DNA from: Camelus dromedarius
Taxonomy: Eukaryota
Direction of reading: 5' to 3'
Assembly: GCF_036321535.1 (NCBI RefSeq)
Contig: NC_087437.1
Coordinates: 66,218,001-66,282,000 of the forward strand
DNA: 64,000 nt
Under the pieces are notes generated by a model. It made no database searches, was not told the origin of the DNA, and saw nothing but the letters and a program-made list of their open reading frames with translations. This document shows positions 53,787 to 64,000 of this stretch, in pieces; the stretch's first letter is position 1, and each line of letters begins with the position of its first letter. Both the position numbers and the translations under genes were made by a program.

Positions 53787-55929
53787 TGATTTTATTTTAC
53801 ACCCTTTCTCCACCTCACCCTGAAAATAAGAGACTTTGTAATACCATGATCTTGAAATATTAGACCTCCTGATAAAACAATCAGAGATAATGGAAAAGGG
53901 CAAAAACCTGTCTTCAGTCAAGGATGAGGCAGCTTCCTCTTTTCTCCTCCCATACCCCCTCCCCCGGTCTCATTAACCTTGAATTGAGAAAATGATTTTT
54001 ATTTGGACGGTTTGTTTTGAAACATTTCTTACAGTTTTCTTGCTGTTGATAGTCATCCTTATCAAGTGGTTGAGAATGTCCATGTTAAAATAGTGATGGA
54101 AGTGTTTACTTGCTCATCCTTTTGAATAAAGAGGACAAGGTTTATAACCATGATGTGCTTTTGCAGAGTGTGTGGCTATTGGAATGAGGGATAGTTTAGT
54201 TAGCTCAGGTCTCAGGGGTTATTATAGTTTTGTATAGTTAATAGGGGAACTAAATGTTACTGTCTCCTAACATTTCTTTCTTGCTTATATGACTATACAG
54301 AATATTTATTCTTATTCCAGACATGAACTTACTCAGTACCAAACTCAGGTTTGGAGGCCAGCATTGATTCCTCCCTTTAGAAGGGACTGGTGGGGCTGAT
54401 AGATACTCAGTAGCAGTAGTATCTCAACAGACATTGTTTTAAATTGAATAAGTGGTTTAATATGTTATCTCTTAACCTTCCTGATGTGACATTACCAGTC
54501 TACCACTATAGAGTTAATGTTTAATCAAAAGGTAATTTGGAAGTAGGTCCAAGTTTTGATTGAGGTTTGTATTGTCATGTTGCCAAATAGTAAGTTGAAT
54601 GTTAATTGTCATTGACTCATCATTTAAGTTCAATTTTGGGGTGCCATTGCATTCAGTGCTTGTTAAATGATCTGGAGTTCGGGAATCCCTTCTTGGAACT
54701 GTTTAAAATACTCTTGAATTGGTTTCTTGTGGAATTTAGATAAGACTATGGAGTTAGTTAGAATAATAAGGATTTAGACTTTTCTATCATAGGTTTTGCA
54801 GAAGGCCGTGGTCCTGAATATCATACGGATATTTGGGCTCTGTTCAGGGTTGTTGCTAGGCTGTCCCCTCTTCCCAGATTTGTGCAGAAAAATCTATGTT
54901 CTTGAGTGTTTCATATATTAAGTATTCAACATTCCAGTGTATATTTATGAATGTTTATGTGATATTTAATGACAGTTTATTTAAACATACAGAATTTGAC
55001 AAATATCTATTTTGTTTCCTTATTCCTTGAGAAAGGAGAATCATGAGGGTAAAGAAAAGCTATTTTGTTGCTTAGAAGGAGGAGAGAATTGAAGAACTGA
55101 GATTAAAAAACAGTATATGCAGTTATGTGAAATTGATCACATCCTTAAGCAACATAAAATGATCACTATTAATTGAACTCAGGATTTCAATTCATACTGG
55201 CTTTTGAAACTTGCCTGAAACGGGGTAGTCTGAGGTAATAGCTGAATGGGAGATTATTTTTGAGAGTTAAATATTTTTTTGGTGACTAGCTAGTACAGAA
55301 TGCAGGGTATGTGAAGAGGGAAGCTGATGATGCATCTTTCAGGGAATGGTCAAGCTTTCTAAGCACTTCATGGGGTCATTTGAGAGGAATATTTAAAAAT
55401 TCTGGGGTAATTTTCAGCTATGATGAAGCAAATCTTTTAATAGCTGCTTAAGAGGCTCTTGTGGTACTGGAGTGTTTGTATGTTTTTCATCTTGGTTTAA
55501 AAACCACTCGAAATCAATTTTAGGTAATTAATTTATTATATCTGTTTCAGAGAGCAAAATAGAACAGCTTATAATAAATTTGGGGCCTTTCGTTTCCAGG
55601 ATTCTCTTTGAAAATGACCCCTTAATTCTCAATTGTGTGAATGTTGACTGAGGATGGAGTAACTTGTAAAGTGTGTAGGTTAAAATGTTGAATTTTTTGT
55701 TACCATATAGGTTGACTTAACATTTAAAAAGTTGGAGTTCAGTGCTAATGTGTTTTTGACAACATTGACTTTAAGGACATTTTAGAAGAAATGATGTGGT
55801 CTCTTTTGATATTTACTATAGAAATTAAAACTGAGGGAAAATGTTAAAAATTGTTAATTCATCAAAAAATAAGCTTCAATAAAAAACTAAATGAATAGTA
55901 AACCCATGGTGGGGGAAATAAAAAGAAAG

Positions 55930-56810
55930 GGAAATAATTAGCATTTGTTAGAGCACTAGTTTTCTAAGGGACCCCTGTTGAAAAGAGAGATACATAAGAA
56001 ATTATAGCCCTTGGCCTGAAAAGCTTATCACTTAGTTGTGGAGGCAGGTTATAGGACAGAATGTGAAAACAATAGCCTGATGACTGCAAGATTATAAATA
56101 CAAATAAAATGCTGTGTTTAGAGGGACAAAAAGGGGTGAGGTAGATTGGTTGGAGAGGGAAGACTTCCTATAGAGGGGTGTTTTAAGACAGGCGTTAAAG
56201 GAGGCAGTAACTTGAGTTGATAGAGAAGCATAAAGGATTCTAGATGGAGGGAATGGACAGAGGCACAGACATGGTGATTTTTGTATGACAGATCAATGAA
56301 TTTTGTGCTTATAAAGCAGGTTGGTAAATCTGAGTTAAAGGGGCCTAAGTAGAAAAATAAGAGATGCGGTTTGAGAAATGTGTTAACGTTAACTAATAGA
56401 GGGCAGAGGGGGCCTTGTAAGAGTTTGGTTGAGATTCAGGAGAAATTGGAATTTACTAAAGGTTACTGAATAAGGTACTTGAAGGTGATTTGGGCAGCCA
56501 AGTTGATGGATTAGAGTAGAAACATTGGAGCCCTTTTAAGGAGTAGCAGGGTATGTTGTAAATAATTAGAGAATATAAAGTAAAATGTGAAAATGGGATG
56601 AAAAGAATACATTTGAGAGACAGTGTGAATGAAGAACTGGCAGGACTTTGGATTGGATCGAAGGGGAATATTTGGGAAGGAGTCAGGAGTTAAAAATAAA
56701 TTCTGATGTTATTGGTCTGGAAGACTTGACCGCCAAGTTATATTGCTGATTGTAATGGGAAAGTTGAGAAAATACTGAGATGAGAAGGTAGATGAGTTCA
56801 CTTTTTGAAA
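55930..56810. mobile_element. L2 LINE remnant in GSK3B intron 1
   Basis: Purine-rich decayed L2 sequence (agacttcc...ggcaggacttt...ggaaggagtc...gatgagttca.tttt). Confidence 0.5.
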
Positions 56811-59574
56811 ATTTAATATACCATAGGTTTCCTTGAAATTCAGTAGACAGCGGTTGGTTACTGGCAATGATATTTAACTTTCTAGTCTATTAATTGCACT
56901 GTTTCTAATTTTTCTACACCTAAAAATGGTGGGTTTATTTTCAGGAGTAGTAAGCTAAGGGTTTTTATTTATATGCTTTCCATTTGAAGTCCTAAAAAAG
57001 AAAATAATTTTTTATGTAGATTCGAAGGCCTCACACTTAAAACCTAGTTGTAATAGCCCCATGGTAATTTATTTGAAAATATGAAAATATTTTTTAGACT
57101 AAACTGTGACATAAAATTTTTAGATATTTTATACAGCCTTTATTGTTTGTTACATGCTTAAAACTTTTTTTTAAAATAAGTAATGGCTATTCTTAGGTAA
57201 ACCTTGCTTTTAAAATGATGGTAATATGAAGACTAGCAGAAATTAAAAGTTTATTTTATAACAAGCATTTCTTGCCTTTTTTGTTAAGCATTTATGCCAA
57301 GTTTAAATCAGTATATTTGAATTTTTTTAACTTAATATGGTGAAACCATTTCTTTTTTGTCCATATCCAGATTTAAGTGTCAATTAAATAAATTTTAATA
57401 GTCATATGGTTCTTTCTGTAGCATCATATGTAGTTTACTCAAAATAGATATGTGGTGATTTTGGTTACAATATTAGTGATAAATTATTTTGGTAAGCTAT
57501 TAGTGAAAATTTAGCTAGTTACCTAACTAAGTTAAATCACTTAAATTATTCCTTCATATAAAACTTTTCTAGATCAAATTTTTTTTTTAGTGAAGAGAGA
57601 ATAATTAATACCAGCATATTACTGTACAGTATTTAGTTATATGGTGATTGAAACCAAAGAGCAGGTGCTAACTTAGCGTTCTATTCCCAAGGGAGCTCAA
57701 TCGCTTTTGACATGTTAAAAATTAGGTTATTAGAATTTAGCCGATTTCTAGATTATCCATGTTAATGTAGAAGAGAGCTCATGTGTGAAACTGAAAACCG
57801 GAACCTTTCATTAAATTTTCATTCCTTTCCCAATAGACCTTTCCATAGTTGTTTAAACACTAAGACCTTCATGTAAGAATTGCATACTTTCTTGTTGCAG
57901 TGCCTCTAGAATGCTAATTGTGAAATGACTGTAAGGCAAAAGTTCTAGGAAAAAACTTGAAGGGAACCCAGGAGATTAACAAATCAGTTTTGACTGATAG
58001 GGAATTGCATTTAGAAAATGAGGGTGACATCTTCTCATTTCACTGGGATAGTTCTATTGCAGAGCAGTACATACTTGTACCCTGTGCTATCTGCCCCTTG
58101 TTTTGTACTTGGGTTGCAGGTGTGAGATAGTGTTTTGGAGAAACAGCAAGGCTGGGAAAGTGTAAGCAGAAGATTCTGAGACCAGACGAACTCTTTTTTT
58201 GTGTGTGATTTATGATTAGAGAAGGCTATGAAACATACATGTGCTGTGTGCCAACCCTGATGCCACAGTTCCATACTTTTTAATAAGACTCATGGGAATT
58301 TGGGACAGGGATGGTATTAGGCAGGCTGTGGAAATGCGGTGTCTCTTATGATGCTCCACCCTGCAATGGAGAATTGAAGGGGCAGAGCACATGGGTGTGA
58401 TGGGACTATATGCTGATACTAACAGGACCAACCTGATTTCCCTCCCAGATATTGTTCTATTGAGACCATAATCACCAGGAGTAAATGAATTTGTTGGAAT
58501 GTTTAACGTCATTTTCTAGCTTATTTTGGGGGGGTGGTTTGTGGAGAGGGAATCTTGCATGATTTCAAGAATAGGAGTATTTTCATGGTTCATTGGTTTT
58601 AAAGTAGAGATTGCAATCTTTGCTTCTCTCTTGGGTTGTACAAATCTTCCTTGGTTATATAAATTGTCTTTGAAATTGGTTGAGCGTGATGTAGAAATGT
58701 GTATTTATGGAAAGACCTGTATGAAAAGAACAGCGAGGAAAAACTGACAGTAGAGTTAAAAGAGCAATCTGTTTTCCCCAAAGCTTCCTACGATTAAATT
58801 GATAAAATAAAGGGAACTTATTCTATTCTATTTATTATTGAGTTTTTAGTCCAGTTTTTTTTCTTTAATGAGTTAATATTCAGCACATAATAGACATTCA
58901 GTAAATTATTTCAGTTTATACCCAAGTCTGTAATGTACTTGTCTGGTACAAGATATAAAGACACAACTTTGTAGATTTGGATTCTTAGTTTACAGTCTCC
59001 TTTCCTACTTTTGCTTATGTTTTGGGGAGAAAGGACTATTTTCAAATGATATGCAAGTTAAAATTCTGTAAATGGTTGAATCTTATATTTTTGTATTGAG
59101 TAGTTTACTTAGAAGCGTTTTAGTTTGATGAGATTTAGACTATGATGTTTTGGTTTTTTTGAAACAAATTCTGCCAAACCAACGTTTCCCTTTGGTCTCC
59201 AGGGTACCATGGCCAAACAGTGGCATAAATATGAACCCTTATCATGTTCCCTTATTAGCATAGTTTGGTGTTGTTAATTTCTTGATTGTCCTTTTAAATC
59301 AATTTAGTAATAAAAAGTAAACATTTCTGACGGAGGCATTATTTTTCTAGCAACTTGTATTTTAGTTGGTGGTATAATTTGAAAGAATATATAGGCCAGA
59401 GAGATGGTGGGTAGGAAGGCAAAAATATTAGTAACATTGGTGCATAGCAGTAACATTAATACTCCATTTTTTCACTACCATTAATTGTATTATGTTGAAT
59501 TCCTTGGCTTAGGAGGCTAATAAATAAGTTGCTTTAATAGAAAGTGGCTATGAATAATGTGATTGACTTGTGAT

Positions 59575-59800
59575 ATGCCTATTGAATGTTTACTGTGTGC
59601 TAATAATCACTCTGCCAAATTCTTTACATGCAATAGTTCATTTTAATCAGTACAACTTTACAAAGTAGCTAATACTATTATCCCCACTTTATAGAAAGGT
59701 AAATGAGATTTAGAGAGGTGAAGCAACTTGTCCAATATTACCTTGATAGAAAGTTGCTCTCCTAGAATTTAAACCCAGGCATTCTGATTCTAGAGCTCTT
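59575..59800 (-). mobile_element. MIR SINE
   Basis: tactattatccccactttataga...agagaggtgaagcaacttgtcca...atttaaacccagg..tctgattctagagc. Confidence 0.75.
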
Positions 59801-62314
59801 GCTCTTTATTATATATGTTATAGAGAATGGATTGCTGTTAACTTAACACTTGGATTCCAGAGATAAGCTAAAATGCCTTTTGTTTTTAGGATAGTCTTTC
59901 ATTGATAATTTAGCAGTGAACTGTGTAAGACTTTCATGATTAGTTCTGCTTTTGAAATTAGTTTCAGGCATGAGTGTTAGCAAATATAGGTGTACTGGAA
60001 AAAAATCCTCAATTCTTCTAAGATTTCAGGGAAAACGTCTTAAGAGTAACATTGAAAACAAAATTATTACAGCTTATGCCATCACTAAAAGAAAAATAAG
60101 TAATATATGGTATTTTTTGGTTAAATGTTCAGTTGGAGCAGTGGTTTTTTTTTTTTTTTTGAAAAGTACTGCTTGTTTGTAAGTAAATCTGGTATATTTA
60201 TATTTCTAGGTAATATTAGAATGTGATTCTCCAAATTAGCCATTATTAAGGATTATTATTCCTCTCCATCTCTTCCTGTAGGTTGTGAAGTGTTCTAAGT
60301 GTTCTGCTCTTTGTTTTAATATTTGACAGCAAACTTAATGAAAGTTTTTAAAAAAATTATGTACACAATCAAGTATCTATTGGACACCTGTTATGTCAGG
60401 AGCTGTGAGCCTTCTGTTTTTTTGTTTTGCTTTTTTAAAGAATCAGTGTGCATTGGGAACATCACCTTTTTGGAATTAATTGGTATTTGATAATCAAGAA
60501 TTAGACCAAAAAGCTCCTGAGTAGCTGAAATCCCCAGACAAATGGTACATACACTTAACTCATAGGTTACTTTTTGGCTTTTAGTTAGAGTTCTTTATTT
60601 TTTAACACATAGTTCTAAATCATTCAATTGCCTTTAAAAACACCCTGAAGATTAGAAAGAATGAATGTACACTGATATTAAGCATTACAGCTTCTAAAAA
60701 GAGTAGACAGACAATTCAGGAAAACAGGCATATTGGGATTATTTAGTATAGGCTCACACAGCTCCACGGGAAATCACTCTGATAATTGTTCAAAATGTTG
60801 ATCTGGAGAAAGTTCAGTTATACTAACTTCACTCTCTTTTGAAGGGACAGAAGGCAGGAAGATCTTTTCTGGATAGCTGAGTTTCTGTAATAACTTCTCA
60901 CTGCATCAAACAGTCTAATTTCTTTGTCACTGAAGTGATGAGGAAGAAAACTGGGTCATCTCTGTCTGGTTGACCAACTCTTGTTGGTTCTCAGTGATGT
61001 GGATAAAGATACTAAAGTGTAGTATTCTAGCCCAGGGAATAATTTCTAGCTCTTTCTTTCATTGTTCATCTCTGTTTGTTACTCAGCAACAGCATTTTAC
61101 GTGATTTAAGATTTGTTGCCTTATTTTTTCTTCTGTGATATATATAGAGTTGCTTTTTGGATTTTAACATGCCTATACCTTCTATTTGTAGAATGCTTAG
61201 AAGGCACTGCATGGAGTCATTTAAGCTTTCTTATGAATTAAATTAGCTGTAAGAGAGTAACTTCACCAAATACACTTATAGCCTCTGTAATGAGAATTGA
61301 AAAGGTAGGTACCGTAATTGTTGATATGAGGAAAAAGGCCAATCAAAGCAAAGTACTTTTTTCTCTTTTGGAGGTCTAAGAAATTCTTAGGGGCTTAGTT
61401 GGCTAATACAAGTGAAAAGGTATTTCAGATTTCTTTCCAATATAGGCTAATCTATCTTTTAAAAATGTGACTCCCTCTATTTCCCCTTATTTCATAAAAT
61501 TGGTTAATTCTTTTTAATTGATCAACCATTTTCTTCAAAATTTGTGTTGAAGTTACTGAGCTAAGTCAAATTGCTACTCCAGCTCTGAAGAGAAGGGAAA
61601 GCTTTGAGTTGGTAGGGCTTCAATAATAATATATAGCTATATGTATATTATATTTGCATGATATATAGTAACTACCACAATAGTATTATTAATTGGATGC
61701 TGTATAATAGTTCCATACTGTCTTATTTACATATTATGCTTTAAAAAACTGGAATTTACTTGCATGATACAGAATTTAAAAAGTACTCATGATGTCTCCT
61801 TCCTATTTCTGCTCTGTAATTACCAGTTGCCTTTGCTGGTGACAGCCAGCATTCCAGTTTCTTAAGTATCATCCATAGACATTCTGAATCTTTACAGGGT
61901 ATTTCTGCTCTGGAATCATATTTTGTATATACAGAACTAAATTAACACTGGCTTTAGCATAAGAGTGTTAGAATTAAAACAATGTTTCTATCAATTATTC
62001 TAGAAAATTACTATTGTTTTTCATTCTAGTAGATTACTAAACTTGTTTTTTTGAATGTGATGGGGAGTAAGTACAAAAATGAGAGAGTGCTTCTGTTTGG
62101 CTATTAGAGGTAAAATGGTAATAGTCATAACTGATGAACACTTAAGCAGGACACTGAAAATATTCACCACTGTTTGTATATTGAGAAACGATCTATAGTG
62201 TCCAGCAGATATTGTTTGTGTCCTTGCTGGAAATATTTCATGGTAAAAGAAAAAGACAAAAGGTTATTGATATTCTCACTTAACTTTCCATTTTTCAAAC
62301 ATCTTAGATGAGAA

Positions 62315-62400
62315 AACCTGTTCTCTTGAGAGATCAGAGGCGCAGAGTGCGTCAATGTCAGTGAAGCCTGTGCCTTTTACCTCTTTAAGAGCGCACGGTT
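62315..62400 (+). ncRNA. MIR6529: microRNA precursor mir-6529 (intronic, sense to GSK3B)
   Basis: Fold-back in which the 5p arm GAGAGATCAGAGGCGCAGAGT (62328-62348) pairs with the 3p arm CCTGTGCCTTTTACCTCTTTAA (62367-62388), with a basal stem aacc/ggtt. The 5p sequence is recognised as miR-6529. Confidence 0.85.
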
Positions 62401-62837
62401 TCATTCTGCTCCTAAACCAAGCATTCCTTAATATTAAAAAATTAAAAAAAAATTTTTTTATTTAATAATGTATTCTAGTCATATGACTTAGTCTTGTTAT
62501 GGAAGCTAAACTTCTGTGCCTCAAGTTTCTTAGAGGCAACCTAAACTATGACAGCTATTTCCTCTAGGAGTTTTGTCATAATTTTAATTAGTATGCTATT
62601 TGTCTATTTCTTAAAATTATTTTTAGATATTATTTATTGTCATCTCATTATGGTAGATATTATTTATTGTCATCCCCATTTCCCTTTTACTATTTTACTG
62701 ATATAATTATACCACCAGTTTTAATTTTATTTACTTAAATTATTATTCAGATGATTAATACTCAGTATCTAAACATTAAGCAATATTCTGTGCAGAATTG
62801 AGTAGTGTACAATGGTTACCTTTCCTTTAAAAAAAAA

Positions 62838-63408
62838 CTGTTTTTTTGAGATCTAATTCACATACCATAAAACTCATTAATTTAAGATATATAGCTCAGT
62901 GGTTTTCAGTATTCATGGAGTCTATAACCATCACTGTAGTCTAATTTTAGAATATTTTTATCACCCAAAAAAGAAATCATGTATTCATTAGTAGTCATTC
63001 CTAATACTTCCCTTTTTCTAGCTCTAGGCAACCACTAATCTGTGTGGATTTGCCTATTTTTGACATTTTATATAAATGGATTCATACAATATATGGCTTT
63101 TTGTGACTGACTTCTTTTACTTCATGTAATGTCTTCTAGGGTTTGTCCATGTTGCAGCATTTGTCAGTACTTCATTACTTTTTATTGCTGAGTAATATTC
63201 CATTGTGTGGAAATGCCACTGTTTGCTTATCTGTTCATCAGTTGATGGACATTTGGATAGTTATCTACTTTTTGGCTATTAGGAATAATACTGCTATGAA
63301 CATTTTTGAACAAGTTTTTGTGTGGACATATATTTTCAGATCTTTTGGGTACATAGGTGTGGAATTACTAGGTTGTATGGTAACTCTGTTTAATAATTTA
63401 AAGAAACT
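62838..63408 (-). mobile_element. Old L1M (L1MB-like) 3' end, antisense
   Basis: taattcacataccataaaa...ggcaaccactaatctg...gttgatggacatttgg...actgctatgaacatt. Confidence 0.85.
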
Positions 63409-64000
63409 CACATATCCTTTGCTTTTACATTTTTTTTACACTTTTTTTGTTGCCATTTTTTTCTTGCAATTTGCAATGATTACAATCTTAATTTTTTTTT
63501 GCCTCAATTTTATTGGGCGTTATGTAGATTTTGCCCTACCCTCTGTTCTTTTCCTGGAGTGTCCTTTTCCTAGAGTCCTGTCCTACTGCTGGGATCTGGC
63601 CTGGTTGTTCTCCATGCCCCCAAGGTACATCTGTCATCCTCTGGCTTACTTCATTGCTCTTCAGAGTCCACTCTCCTATTTCCCGGATCCCATGTCTGCA
63701 TCACCGTGTAGTTCTTTTCTAACTTAATCTCATGACATCAGCCTGGAGTATTAACTGTTTGGTAAATGTACCTGGAAAAGTTTTTATTTGTTTTTTTCTC
63801 CCACTTTTGGTCCAAAAGAGTAGTTAAGAAGCTGACAGGCTTTTTTGACAGTTGTCTCACCTTTCATTAATTTGTCACTGAGGCATAGATGTTTTGGGAG
63901 GTTACTTTGTGTCATATGATCAAGTGATTACCAGGCCAACATGAAGCAACAACATGAAGCAAGTACAGAAATCTGAACAATATAAATGTTAAGCAGTTGT

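Noticed and set aside
63143..63727. 194 aa hydrophobic ORF
   Set aside because: It reads through antisense L1M and T-rich intron sequence, which is a typical artefact.

Overview
Mammalian genomic DNA, probably from a camelid, because it carries a vic-1-type tRNA-derived SINE. The window holds the last two coding exons and 3' UTR of GPR156 (+ strand, 102-260 and 4410-5759, poly(A) signal at 7497). About 44 kb of repeat-rich intergenic DNA follows (L1, L2, L3, MIR, MaLR LTRs, hAT/MER DNA transposons). Then come the CpG-island promoter, ~1 kb 5' leader and first coding exon of GSK3B (+ strand, ATG 53691) and the start of intron 1, which contains a mir-6529 hairpin. There is no prokaryote-type system such as CRISPR or an operon, and I cannot support a wholly new biological system. 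The most notable observations are: a uORF-dense GSK3B leader (a perfect-Kozak uORF with an AUGA stop-start overlap, and a polyalanine uORF spanning a (GCC)9 repeat); a nine-CCAAT bidirectional promoter with antisense splice donors; two tail-less internal L1 fragments with apparent target-site duplications; and a five-element nested transposon cluster that appears to re-use one target site. Gene, miRNA and repeat-family names come from my recognition of the sequences, not from database searches.
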